Shown piece by piece: positions 41,745 to 50,923 of a DNA stretch of 64,000 bases. Source of the DNA: Roseiarcus sp. GTDB lineage: Bacteria; Pseudomonadota; Alphaproteobacteria; Rhizobiales; Beijerinckiaceae. The notes below the pieces were generated by a model that did not search any database, was not told where the DNA came from, and saw nothing but the letters and a program-made list of their open reading frames with translations. The translations under genes were made by a program, and so were the position numbers. Positions within the stretch are counted from its first letter, which is position 1, and every line of letters starts with the position of its first letter. Where the stretch lies: the NCBI GenBank assembly GCA_035656495.1, contig DASRSL010000273.1:8524-72523 (forward strand), written 5' to 3'.

Positions 41745-42067
41745 TTGCCGCTGCGCGCCGCGACGATCGCCGCATAGGCGTTGGCGACCGTCGGGAGCGC
41801 TGTCGGGGCGTTCACGTCCGAGGGGTTGACGCAAATCGCCTGCGCGCCCGCGAAGGCCTGGCTGGCTGCACTCTGCGTCTTGGCGTTCACCGTGCCGGTC
41901 ACCGCGACGGTCTGATAGGCAGCCCATGCGGACGACACGAGGGCGCAGGCGGTCGGCAGGTCCTGCGCGATGGCGACGTTGACCTGGGAAACGGTCTGGC
42001 TCATCTGCTCGCAACCGGCGAGGCCGAGGCCGAGCGCGACGGCGCCGGCGAGAAGAACGTGTTTCAT
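41741..42067 (-). CDS. Phage lipoprotein (o-spanin candidate)
   Basis: Lipobox LGLAGC; lies in the lysis region. Confidence 0.7.
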   Translation of the reverse strand: MKHVLLAGAVALGLGLAGCEQMSQTVSQVNVAIAQDLPTACALVSSAWAAYQTVAVTGTVNAKTQSAASQAFAGAQAICVNPSDVNAPTALPTVANAYAAIVAARSGK

Positions 42068-42121
42068 GGTTTAATCCTCGATCATTGGGAAAAAAGCCGG
42101 CTTGCCTGCCGACGAGGGATG

Positions 42122-42541
42122 TCAGCTCGCCTTCGGCGTGGCGGGCGGATAGACGGCCGTCATGCTCGCCTGCAGCCTGCCGATCTCGCCGGCGATGATG
42201 TGGTCGAGGTCTCCGGGACTGACGCCGCTCGATTTCAGGACATCCGGTAGGCGCGCCGCGATGGCGTCGGCGGCGGCGCTCACGATCGGCGAGCCGACAT
42301 CGATCTTGGCCGTCGCCAGATTATCGGCGGCGGCGGCGACCGCCTTGCCGGCCTCGTCTTGCGCAGCGGCGCGGATCGCGTCGACGTTGGCCTGGCTGAC
42401 CCTAAGGCCGGTCCATTTGCGGATCGCCCCGGCGGCGAGCGTCACGGCGCCACCGACGAAAGCGGTCGCGGCGGCGGTGAGGTAGGGCTGAAGAGCGGCG
42501 ACGAACGGCGCCGCCGCAACAGCCGTTGCGGTATCGGTCAT
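42122..42541 (-). CDS. Membrane protein (holin-like)
   Basis: N-terminal hydrophobic helix followed by IRKWTG and amphipathic helices. Confidence 0.6.
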   Translation of the reverse strand: MTDTATAVAAAPFVAALQPYLTAAATAFVGGAVTLAAGAIRKWTGLRVSQANVDAIRAAAQDEAGKAVAAAADNLATAKIDVGSPIVSAAADAIAARLPDVLKSSGVSPGDLDHIIAGEIGRLQASMTAVYPPATPKAS

Positions 42542-42649
42542 TGGACTTCCTCATGCTGTCCCGCAGCTTCATCGCGGGATTGGAAACACGGCCCCGCCGG
42601 CTACGGTCGAGGAGCCGCGCCAGGCGGAGCGTCGCCGCGCGGCAAATGG

Positions 42650-43033
42650 CTACAGCTCGTCGCCCCGGCCTGCGCTTCCCGCCTTCACCTTGGCGAGAAT
42701 CTCGAGCAGCTTCGCCGCATGGCTGATCGGCATGGGCTCGCAAGCGAGAATCCCGCGCATCCAGAGAATGATTCCCTCGTCTGTCTTGTCGCGCGTGAGG
42801 ATCAGCGCCCCGTCGCCGGGCGGCAGGCCCTCCGGCGTCGTCGGCATGGCGACGTAAAGCCCCTGCAGGAAATGAAACTGCGCCGGGGTGAGAGCGGCGA
42901 TGGCGGTGCCCTTGCCCGCCGCCTTCTGCGCCTTCTCGAGCGTCGTGCAATGGGGCGAGTCCGCTCCGCCCGCTTCAGCGCCGGCGAGGAGGCAGAGAAC
43001 GAAGCAAGAGGCGGTTAGCAGAATTCCCTTCAC
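42650..43033 (-). CDS. Secreted hypothetical phage protein
   Basis: Signal peptide MKGILLTASCFVLCLLAGAEA; GGAGG RBS. Confidence 0.7.
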   Translation of the reverse strand: MKGILLTASCFVLCLLAGAEAGGADSPHCTTLEKAQKAAGKGTAIAALTPAQFHFLQGLYVAMPTTPEGLPPGDGALILTRDKTDEGIILWMRGILACEPMPISHAAKLLEILAKVKAGSAGRGDEL

Positions 43034-43067
43034 GGCGGCCTCCTTCCGAGTGTGGTCTTTCCGCCCG

Positions 43068-43565
43068 CTATTCCTTCGCGGGCAGAGAATTTCCGGTCAT
43101 CAGCTCCCAGCGAGAATCATCATCGGCGAGGCCGAGCGCATCGCCGCCGCGCGACTTACGGGCGCCTGCGCTGCCCTTTCGCATGAGTCGCACCGTCTCG
43201 CCGCGCGCCATCGCCGCCTGGGCCTCGCGCAAGGCTCGCTTCATCTGTCCGGTGAGGGCCGTCTCGTAGGCGCGCGGCGTTTCGCCGGCGCGCAGCCAAA
43301 GGTCCACCCGGGCGCTCCCGTCGTGCGGGACGAAGGCCACGAGCTCGGCGTCTGGCGGCAGATCCGACGACGCTGCGCTGACCGGAAAGCCCATCATCGA
43401 GTTGACGGCGAACGGCAGCCAGCACGCGACGCCGGCGGCGATGGCTGGCGCGAGAATCTTGGCCCAGAGCGGCGCCGCGGCGGTGCGGAAGAGCCACGCG
43501 AGGACAAGAACGGCGAAGGCGAGAAGGCCACCGCAGGCAAGCATGAAGGCGGCGAAGTCGCTCAT
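43068..43565 (-). CDS. Two-TM membrane protein, third gene of the MotA-like trio
   Basis: Two TM helices, MGFP, DLWL...PRAY; ATGA overlap with the upstream gene. Confidence 0.75.
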   Translation of the reverse strand: MSDFAAFMLACGGLLAFAVLVLAWLFRTAAAPLWAKILAPAIAAGVACWLPFAVNSMMGFPVSAASSDLPPDAELVAFVPHDGSARVDLWLRAGETPRAYETALTGQMKRALREAQAAMARGETVRLMRKGSAGARKSRGGDALGLADDDSRWELMTGNSLPAKE

Positions 43566-44182
43566 TGGTAGCGGCCCTGACGCTGATAGGCGCTCGTAAT
43601 CGGCTCGAGCGGCGGGTCGACGAACGTGATCCTCCCGTCGCGGCTCATGTCGAAGCTCGCCCAGTTGATCGTCTGCCCGACGGCGTCAAGCACGATGTCC
43701 CTGGCGAACAGCACGCGGACCACGGGATTGAGACCGACGATCTCGACATGCGCTTTCAAGGCCAGGCCGCGCTTGGCTCCGACGCTAAGACCGCCCTCCC
43801 TGTACGCATAGAGGTTGGCTGCGAGGTCGTAACGGCCCGGCTCGACGCAGCGGATCGCGATCGTCTCCTTGTCGCTCTCGACCTTGGTCCGCGAGCCATC
43901 GGCGAGCGTGATGACGCTATCGAGGAAGCCTCTACTGTCGCGGTCGAGAGTGGAGCAGCCGACGTCGCGCGAGGCGAAGAACACCGGCTTCTTCGAGGGC
44001 GGCATCATGTGGATGTCGACGTCGGCGTCGACATCGACGCTCCACTCGACGGTCGCCAGAACCTCGGCCTTCATCTCGACGCCCCTGGCCTTGAGGGGCG
44101 GGTTGACGGCGACGAGGGCCACGGCGAGGACCGCGAGAGCGAGGTCGCAGAGGCCGATCCAGACGGAGCTACGGTCAGGCAT
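43562..44182 (-). CDS. Single-TM protein with a TM aspartate and a YfaP/DUF2135-like periplasmic domain
   Basis: IGLCDLALAVLAVAL; DADVDIHM..P....LDRD..G....ET......PGRY...NLY. Confidence 0.7.
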   Translation of the reverse strand: MPDRSSVWIGLCDLALAVLAVALVAVNPPLKARGVEMKAEVLATVEWSVDVDADVDIHMMPPSKKPVFFASRDVGCSTLDRDSRGFLDSVITLADGSRTKVESDKETIAIRCVEPGRYDLAANLYAYREGGLSVGAKRGLALKAHVEIVGLNPVVRVLFARDIVLDAVGQTINWASFDMSRDGRITFVDPPLEPITSAYQRQGRYQ

Positions 44183-44197
44183 GGTCCGCTCGCTCCT

Positions 44198-44638
44198 TCA
44201 GGCGCCGCGCGCGCGCCGAACGCCCCGCTCGAGGTTGAAGGTCATGATCGCGACGACGAGCGCCGCGAGAACGCCGCAGGCGGTCGTGTAGAGCGACGTG
44301 GCGAGCGCGCCGAAGGACGTCGCCCCGCCGGCCAGCGCATTCGCCTGCAGCGAGAGGCCGAACGCGGTGCCGAACAGGCCGAGCATCGGCAGGAGCCGCT
44401 CGGCGAGATGGCCGAAATCGGACGATGGAGGACGGACGACAGAGAACGGCGAATCGGCTAGCCACGCCTGCCGCCCCAAATAAAGCGCCGCGCCGACGAA
44501 GAGGACGCCGATCGCGCTCGTCATCATGCTCTCATCGTGCGCCCAGATTGACGCGAACATGCCGTTCGTGTGGGCGAGCCACGCCGCCGACGCCGCCGCG
44601 AGACAGATGATGAAATGGCTCAGAAAGGTGAGGCGCAT
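44198..44638 (-). CDS. MotA/TolQ/ExbB proton-channel family protein
   Basis: LLPMLGLFGTAFGL and ALATSLYTTACG match TolQ/ExbB channel helices. Confidence 0.75.
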   Translation of the reverse strand: MRLTFLSHFIICLAAASAAWLAHTNGMFASIWAHDESMMTSAIGVLFVGAALYLGRQAWLADSPFSVVRPPSSDFGHLAERLLPMLGLFGTAFGLSLQANALAGGATSFGALATSLYTTACGVLAALVVAIMTFNLERGVRRARGA

Positions 44639-44641
44639 CGT

Positions 44642-45247
44642 TCATGCCTTTGCGACTGGCGCGGCCGGCGAGCGGGCGTTGGCCCGGATGATCGCGGTGT
44701 GAAAATGCACGGCGTAGGCGGAGATCTGCGCCGCCCTGTCGTGGCCGTTGACGATCTCGCGCGCGTTGAGCCAGTTGACCGACGCGAGCTTTTCCAGCGG
44801 GAAATAATCGGCAAGCTTCTTTCCGGTGAACCACCCGTCCGACATGCCCTTGACGAGAATGGTCGCCGCGATCGCGGGCTTGAGCGCATTGTCCGGGGTG
44901 CGCACCAGGTCGGAGCCGGGGATCTCGCGCTCCGCCTTCTCGTAGTTCGCGAGCCAGGTCAGCTGCACGAAGCCGCGCCCGTAATAGACCTGCCGATAGG
45001 GTCCGCATCTGACGCCGTAGGGCCGCCCCTGCCCGCGCCCCCGCTCCGCGACCGGCTGCATCGCGCGGCCGGTCTCGTGGTAGGCGGTCGCCAGCGCATA
45101 GGCGATCCAGCGCCAGTCGGTGATTGGCGAAGCGCTCCAGGCGTCGAGGATGGCGTTGACGCCGTCGACCTGACTTTGGTCAAAGCCGCCGGGGCCATAG
45201 AGCTCCGTCCGCACGGCGTCGAAGAACGCCCTCGGGTTCTGCAGCAT
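44642..45247 (-). CDS. Endolysin, GH19/chitinase-like lysozyme fold
   Basis: AYALATAYHET, YYGRGFVQLTW..NY, AREIVNG. Confidence 0.88.
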   Translation of the reverse strand: MLQNPRAFFDAVRTELYGPGGFDQSQVDGVNAILDAWSASPITDWRWIAYALATAYHETGRAMQPVAERGRGQGRPYGVRCGPYRQVYYGRGFVQLTWLANYEKAEREIPGSDLVRTPDNALKPAIAATILVKGMSDGWFTGKKLADYFPLEKLASVNWLNAREIVNGHDRAAQISAYAVHFHTAIIRANARSPAAPVAKA

Positions 45248-45259
45248 GATTTGCCTCCG

Positions 45260-45343
45260 TTACATCAGAAGCGAGATTTTCCAGATGAGCCAGCCGACAA
45301 GCGCGAGGCCGACGAGACAGAGCGCCGTATCAGCGTCGATCAT
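45260..45343 (-). CDS. 27-aa single-TM peptide
   Basis: MIDADTALCLVGLALVGWLIWKISLLM fills the gap before the endolysin. Confidence 0.45.
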   Translation of the reverse strand: MIDADTALCLVGLALVGWLIWKISLLM

Positions 45344-45353
45344 GGCGGCCGGA

Positions 45354-48164
45354 TCAGAAGTGCTCGAGCACGTAGCAGGCGCCAGCGCCGCCCTGGCCGC
45401 CCGCACCGGCTCCTCCGGTCGATGTCGTGAGCGCGCTTCCGCCGCCGCCGCCACCACCGCCAGGGAAGCCACCGGCCGCGCCTGCACCGCCGCTGTAGGC
45501 GCCAGCCCCGGCTGTCGAACCGCCGCCGCCGCCGCCGGATCCAGCCGGCCAACTGACACTCGATGATCCGGAGCCAGGTGTCGCAGATACCGCCGCAGGT
45601 GCTGCGCCGCCGCTCGCGGAAGTCGATCCCGCCGTTCCTGCGGTGCTCTGACCGACCTCGGCATTTCCGCCCGCACCACCCGCGAACGCCGCAGGCGCCG
45701 TCGAGACACCTCCGCCTGATCCGCCTCCGCTCGGCCCCCACGGGGATCCGCCGCCAGACTTGCCGACAGCGCCGTTCGTGCCGCCTCCGCCGCCCGTACC
45801 GGCTCCGGTGGTCGTAGTCGCGCTTCCGTTCGCGCCCGAGCCGCCGGCCGTTCCGCCGCCCGCTCCCGAACCGCCGCCGCTCGCACCAGCTTGACCATTG
45901 GCGAATTGTCCAGAGCCGCCGCCGCCGGTGGAGTTCGCTGCCGAGACGCCTACCTGGCCGCCACCGCCGCCATAGGCGATGAGCATCGAGCCGCCGAACG
46001 CCGCGTTGCCGCCGGCGGTCCCGCTGGCCCCGGCCGCGCCCCCGTTGGCGTTGTTCGTGATCGATACCGCCTTGCTCGTGCCGATCTGCGCCGCGGAGAA
46101 TACGCCGTAGGCGATCGAGCCGGCGCCGCCGCCAGAGCCGCCGCTGTTCGCGGTTCCCGACGCCGTCGTGATCCCGCCGCCTCCCCCACCGCCCTGAGCG
46201 GCGCACCAGACGTCGGCGAACGAAAGGCCTGGAGTCGGCGTGTAAGTCCCAGAGCTCGTGAAGGACTTGAGGTCTTGCGGCTGACCCGCGTTGTAGACGC
46301 CGAGGTTGCCTGGCGGCGTAAAGGTCCAGCCGAACCAGTTATTGCCTGAAACGCTGTTGTAGGAGTTGTCCGTCGCGGAAAGTCCGGCCCCACTCGTCGG
46401 CGGCGTGCCCGAGAAAACGTTGTCCTGAAAAGCCAGCCAGCCTCCCGTCTGCTGCACGAACACCGAGCCGCTCCCCGATGGGGAGCCTGCGAGCTTCATG
46501 TTGCGCAGGGTGAGACCGCCGCCCGTATTGCTGACGAAGGGCGCGGCGGCGTTCGGAATGGTGTCGGATAGCCTCCCCCCGGTGATCTGGAGATCGCCGC
46601 TGGACAACAGAATCGCCGGGCTTCCGAACCCGGACGAATAGGTCATGTAGACGCTGCCGATCATGACCATGCAGCCGGAGGCATTCTCGTAGAGCGCCGG
46701 CGTCGTCACGTAAGAGCTGTTCGTCGAATAGAAGTTGGCGATCTGCGCCCAGGAGCACGCCGCGATGTTCAGGTTTGCTCCGCCATCCAGCATCAGGGAG
46801 TTGAAGTGCCCCCACGAGAAATTGGCGGTGAAGTTGAGGTTGCCCTGCCAGATCTGCATCTTGCCGGCGACGAGCCCGTCGGTCGCGCCGAGGTTGGCTG
46901 CGACCACCGAGCCGTCATAGAAAATATCGGAAATCGCCATTGACGCGGTATTCGAGGAGCCGAGGTTGAAGCCCCAGAACTCATAATCGTCGATCTGCGG
47001 AAAGTTGTGAGAATTGTCGATGTCCATGGCGACGTTCAGGGCGGAACCTTGGATATAGCCGAAGTGGAACGTCCCTCCACGCTGATAAATCCCGTTCCAT
47101 GCGCTTGGATACAAGAGGTAGTCGATGTCCATGTTTCCGGCGCCGTTGTTGTAGACGACCCAGGGATACTTACAGACGCCGCTGCCGGCGTTGGTCGTAT
47201 TGCAGGAGCCTAGCGGGAGGGCGGCCGAGCGCGGCGAGGCGAAGTGGATCGTGTCGGACGGCCCGCCGCCGCCGGCAATGCCGCCGAGGACGAGCGTCGC
47301 CCCTGTCCCGCCGCCACCCGTCGTGGCGACCGTCCCCGACGGCCACACGCTGCAGGAGGCGTTGCCGGTCGCCGTGACGCTGGCCGACTGGACGGCGCCG
47401 CCGGACACGGTGACGGCGAACTGCGGTTCCGTGGCGCATGTGCCGCCAGTCGCGGTCAGCGTCTGCGTCCCGTTCGTGTAGCCCGAGCCGCCCGTCCCCA
47501 AGCCCACCGTCATCACGTCGACAATCGAGCCGCTCACCCCGACGACCTCGGTCGGATAGTTTTTGTTTGCGACGGGGATCGCCGTGGTGGTCGTCGCATC
47601 GACCGCGAACATGCCGGAGACGATGGTCCCGGTCGCGCTGGACACGGTGAGGACGTTGGCGCCGGCGGTGCTCGCGTTCGCGCGTGCGGTGATGTCGGCC
47701 GGCAAATGCTGCGAAACGACGATGTTCTTGATGCAGGGCTTGACCGCTACGCCATTGTTCGTCGGCGTGACGACGATGATCCCGCTGGCCGAAGACGAGA
47801 AGTCATAATCGACATCGATCACCGTCTGCCAGCCGGGATCGCCGTAGAGGCACTGGCCGGGCGGCAGATTGATGGGGTTGGCGATGTGATAGGCGCCCGA
47901 CGTGAGATAAACGGCCTTGCCGGAGTTCCCGGAGAGCGCGGTGTTGATGGCCGACGAGTTGTCGACCGCGCCGGTGCCGGAGCCTGTGGTTCCGCTGATC
48001 TGGACGCCGTTGTAGGCGGGCCCGGTTGATCCGCCGCTCGACCCGCCGATCGGGGTCATCGGCACGCCGCCGCCCGGCAGGCCCTGCGCGAAGCCTTCGG
48101 CGCCATGGGCGAGTGCGGCCAGCGCGATCAGCGCCGCGCCAAAAATTCGGTCGACCCGCTTCAT
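45354..48164 (-). CDS. Tailspike/depolymerase-like beta-helix protein with Gly-rich C-terminus and signal-peptide-like N-terminus
   Basis: DNSSAINTAL...VYL..G.Y.I...I.LP.G..LYG (pectate-lyase-3-like); FTSSGTYTP..GGGGGGG tail; ATGA overlap. Confidence 0.75.
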   Translation of the reverse strand: MKRVDRIFGAALIALAALAHGAEGFAQGLPGGGVPMTPIGGSSGGSTGPAYNGVQISGTTGSGTGAVDNSSAINTALSGNSGKAVYLTSGAYHIANPINLPPGQCLYGDPGWQTVIDVDYDFSSSASGIIVVTPTNNGVAVKPCIKNIVVSQHLPADITARANASTAGANVLTVSSATGTIVSGMFAVDATTTTAIPVANKNYPTEVVGVSGSIVDVMTVGLGTGGSGYTNGTQTLTATGGTCATEPQFAVTVSGGAVQSASVTATGNASCSVWPSGTVATTGGGGTGATLVLGGIAGGGGPSDTIHFASPRSAALPLGSCNTTNAGSGVCKYPWVVYNNGAGNMDIDYLLYPSAWNGIYQRGGTFHFGYIQGSALNVAMDIDNSHNFPQIDDYEFWGFNLGSSNTASMAISDIFYDGSVVAANLGATDGLVAGKMQIWQGNLNFTANFSWGHFNSLMLDGGANLNIAACSWAQIANFYSTNSSYVTTPALYENASGCMVMIGSVYMTYSSGFGSPAILLSSGDLQITGGRLSDTIPNAAAPFVSNTGGGLTLRNMKLAGSPSGSGSVFVQQTGGWLAFQDNVFSGTPPTSGAGLSATDNSYNSVSGNNWFGWTFTPPGNLGVYNAGQPQDLKSFTSSGTYTPTPGLSFADVWCAAQGGGGGGGITTASGTANSGGSGGGAGSIAYGVFSAAQIGTSKAVSITNNANGGAAGASGTAGGNAAFGGSMLIAYGGGGGQVGVSAANSTGGGGSGQFANGQAGASGGGSGAGGGTAGGSGANGSATTTTGAGTGGGGGTNGAVGKSGGGSPWGPSGGGSGGGVSTAPAAFAGGAGGNAEVGQSTAGTAGSTSASGGAAPAAVSATPGSGSSSVSWPAGSGGGGGGSTAGAGAYSGGAGAAGGFPGGGGGGGGSALTTSTGGAGAGGQGGAGACYVLEHF

Positions 48165-48544
48165 TGGAAATACTCCACGTCGAGCGTTCCGGACGACGAG
48201 AACGCGCGGAAATTGGCGAGTGTTTGTGGGCCGGAGAGCGCCACGCACGCGCCGGAGGCGAGCGGCATGCCGACGCTCGAAGTCGGCGTCGTGGTCCCGT
48301 CGGTCGTGTACCTGACGGTCGCTCCCGAGGCGCAGACGGTCGCGTAGCGCGCGCCGGAGGGCACGGTGAGCGCGGTCGCCGATGTCGGCGCGATATTGTG
48401 CTGGCCAGGCGAAAGCGGCGCATAGGGCGTCGGCAGCGGGATCATGCCCGGCACCTGCGTCCCGGCAATGTCGCGATAGGTCTGTGCATGTACCGGGCAG
48501 GCGAGGGCGAGCGCGAGCGCCGCGCCACAAAACAGGCGTTTCAT
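48161..48544 (-). CDS. Small beta-rich phage protein with signal peptide
   Basis: MKRLFCGAALALALACPVHA-Q; VRYTTDGTTTPTSSVGMPL. Confidence 0.75.
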   Translation of the reverse strand: MKRLFCGAALALALACPVHAQTYRDIAGTQVPGMIPLPTPYAPLSPGQHNIAPTSATALTVPSGARYATVCASGATVRYTTDGTTTPTSSVGMPLASGACVALSGPQTLANFRAFSSSGTLDVEYFQ

Positions 48545-48768
48545 GCTGGAGGCTTCCTTGCGACAAGTGGAGAGCGATCAACCAGGGCCGAGCGCGAGGA
48601 GCACGGCCTGGAAGATGGCCGCAGCGGAGATCGCCCGGGCCGCGACCCTTGAGGCCCGGAATACGATCGGATTTTCGGGCGCGTCCGCGAGCCAATATGC
48701 AAGTTTGGCGAACGCAGCGCCGACCAAGCCAAGGATTACCGCTATCGCTATTGGGCCGCTTTCGAGCG

Positions 48769-49857
48769 TTATGACCAGGCGCCGACGTTGGTCACGCCGG
48801 AGGCGCCGATCGGCGCGGCCTTGAAGTAGGCGCCGGCCTGGACGACGCCCGCGGCGGCGACGCCGAGCGAGACTTGCGGGATGACCGTTCCGGCTGCGGT
48901 CACGCGCAGAATTCCCTTGATGAGGGCGACTCCGCTCGTGTTCGTGTTGGCTGACGTGAGCGCCGTCCCGGCTGCGGTGTTGAAGGTGGCGAGCGTGTTC
49001 TGGGCGCTCGTCAGGGCCGAGCCCTTCGCGGCGATCGACGTCCAGGCCTGAGTGAAGGTCGCCGTACCGCCGAGGCCGAAGCCGAACGAGCCCGAGGTCG
49101 CCGACAGGCTGGCGAGCGCGAAAGCGCACTCGAATTCGTAGGTTCCCGGCTGAAGCGTGACCGCGCCGCTCGCCGTGGCGTTGAGAAGCTGCTGCGCCGC
49201 CGTCTGCGAGGTCAGCGTGTAGGGAGACGAAAGAACCTCGATCTGCTCGGCCATGAGGACGCCGCGCTCGCTGGCCGCGACCGAGCCATAGAAGGCGTTC
49301 CCGTCATATTCGATCGCGCCCGCCTGGGCCGTCGTGGTGTTCGTCCCTGCAGTCATCTTGAGCGGCGGCGCCGAGCTCGTCCCCGCCGGCGGCGTCAGCG
49401 GCCCGGCCGACTGATCGACGATCGTCCAGGCGTTCGATCCGTTGCTCTCGATCGCGATGGAGCCGTAAGCGGTCGAGATCACGGCGCTCGCCCCGCCATT
49501 GATGGTGTCGGAGCCGGCGCGATTCAGCGTGATCGTCTTCGTGGCCGAGCATGAACCCGATTCGTCGACAACCGTCAGGGTCGCGCCGGCCGGGTAGGCG
49601 CTCGCGGCCGGCAGCGCCACCGCGCGCGCGCCGGTGATTGCGGTATAGGCGACGATGCGGTCTGTCGCGAGCGCGCCATAGGCGGCATCCGCAACGGCGA
49701 TCCGCCGCTCGATGCCGGCCGCGAAGCCGCCGCCGGTCGCGCCGTCCTGGAGGACGAGCCGGTTGTTCGTCGAGTCGACCACGACTTCCGCCGCGGCCCC
49801 CGTGAAGGCCGCGACGTTCACCGCCGAGCCGGAGCGGAGTTGAAGCTGTTCGCTCAT
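48769..49857 (-). CDS. Tail fibre with Mtd-N-like domain, paralog 2
   Basis: MSEQLQLRSGSA..VAAFTGAAAEVVVDSTNNRLVLQDG. Confidence 0.8.
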   Translation of the reverse strand: MSEQLQLRSGSAVNVAAFTGAAAEVVVDSTNNRLVLQDGATGGGFAAGIERRIAVADAAYGALATDRIVAYTAITGARAVALPAASAYPAGATLTVVDESGSCSATKTITLNRAGSDTINGGASAVISTAYGSIAIESNGSNAWTIVDQSAGPLTPPAGTSSAPPLKMTAGTNTTTAQAGAIEYDGNAFYGSVAASERGVLMAEQIEVLSSPYTLTSQTAAQQLLNATASGAVTLQPGTYEFECAFALASLSATSGSFGFGLGGTATFTQAWTSIAAKGSALTSAQNTLATFNTAAGTALTSANTNTSGVALIKGILRVTAAGTVIPQVSLGVAAAGVVQAGAYFKAAPIGASGVTNVGAWS

Positions 49858-49859
49858 TC

Positions 49860-49950
49860 ATGATCCTTCGACAAGCTCATCCCTCGACAAGCTCATCCTT
49901 CGACAAGCTGAGGATGAGGTTCACGATGTGGTTCTTCGACAGGCTCACGA
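49860..49950. repeat. Cluster of short REP-like units
   Basis: Four copies of tcgaca(a/g)gct. Confidence 0.75.
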
Positions 49951-50769
49951 CGAGGGCGGGGAAATCTGCACGGTATGGATGGCGAGGCGCACGGCGCCGC
50001 CCGAGAAATTGCCGCCCGCCGCCGTCAACACGATCGGGGTTGCACTGTAGAACGCAGTCGGGCCGATCAGCCCGTAATTGGTCGATCCGGTCGCGGTGCT
50101 GAGGACCGAGCCGAACTGCGTCGCATTGCCGGAGAAGCCGACCGAGAAGCTGGTCGCCCCGGTAATCGTTGTCGTCACCCGCTCGGAAACCGCGAGCACG
50201 ATACAGTTGGCCGGGATCGAGAGCGACGTGGTGACGGACGCGCCGGAGAGGCCGGAAGCAGCGCCTTCGAGCACGCCGAAGGTGATGTTCGCGCCGTGTG
50301 TCGATTGCGCACCGAGGCCCACCTGGTCGACCACGGTCCAGGCGCTGACGCCGTTCGACTCGAGGGCGACATAGCCATAGGCCGTGCTGATGACCGCCGA
50401 TGCCCCGCCGTCAATCGTGTCGGAGCCGGCCCGCGCCGCCGTAATCGTGAGCGTGCTCGAGCAGGAGCCGCTTTCATCGACGATCAGAAGCCGCGCTCCG
50501 GTCGGGAAAGTGGCCGCCGATGGGAGCGTGACGGTCATCGCCGTCGAGATCGACGTATAGGCGATGAGGCGATCGTTGACGGTGGCGGTATAGGCCGCGT
50601 CGGCGACGGCATGCCGCGCCGTGTGGTCGATGAGCCAGCCGCCGGCCGTCGACCCGTCGTTGACCGCAAGGCGGTTGTTGGTCGTGTCGACGACGATCTC
50701 GCCCTGCGCGCCGGTGAAGGCCGCCACTTGCGCGGCCGTGCCGCGCCGGAACTGTAGCTGTTCGCTCAT
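49945..50769 (-). CDS. Tail fibre with Mtd-N-like domain, paralog 1
   Basis: MSEQLQFRRGTAAQVAAFTGAQGEIVVDTT; C-terminal GLIGPTAFY...GGNFSGGAVRLAIH. Confidence 0.8.
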   Translation of the reverse strand: MSEQLQFRRGTAAQVAAFTGAQGEIVVDTTNNRLAVNDGSTAGGWLIDHTARHAVADAAYTATVNDRLIAYTSISTAMTVTLPSAATFPTGARLLIVDESGSCSSTLTITAARAGSDTIDGGASAVISTAYGYVALESNGVSAWTVVDQVGLGAQSTHGANITFGVLEGAASGLSGASVTTSLSIPANCIVLAVSERVTTTITGATSFSVGFSGNATQFGSVLSTATGSTNYGLIGPTAFYSATPIVLTAAGGNFSGGAVRLAIHTVQISPPSS

Positions 50770-50778
50770 TCAAGATTC

Positions 50779-50921
50779 TCCCCCTCTCCCTGCTTGCGGG
50801 GAGAGGGCAGGGGTGAGGGGCGGGGCCGAAAGGCGCAGGCGGCCCCGCCCCTCATCCGGCGCTTCGCGCCACCTTCTCCCCGCTCCCTCGACAGGCTCGG
50901 GATGAGGGCGGGGAGAAGGGG
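50779..50921. repeat. Composite REP-like palindromic element
   Basis: ccctctccc..gggagaggg..ggggtgagggg / ccctcatccggcgcttcgcgccaccttctccc. Confidence 0.8.
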
Positions 50922-50923
50922 TT

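Noticed and set aside
43068-44638. Zorya defence system
   Set aside because: No long ZorA tail, no OmpA-like ZorB domain, and no ZorC/D/E genes.
45354-48695. 1113-aa version of the tailspike-like ORF
   Set aside because: The extension overlaps the 48161-48544 gene; the ATGA-coupled start at 48164 is more plausible.
49860-49950. CRISPR-like short repeats
   Set aside because: Units are ~15 bp, nearly adjacent, lack unique spacers, and no cas genes are present; they are REP-like.
48769-50769. Diversity-generating retroelement suggested by the Mtd-N fibres
   Set aside because: No reverse transcriptase and no adenine-variant TR/VR pair seen in the window; similarity is confined to the N-termini.
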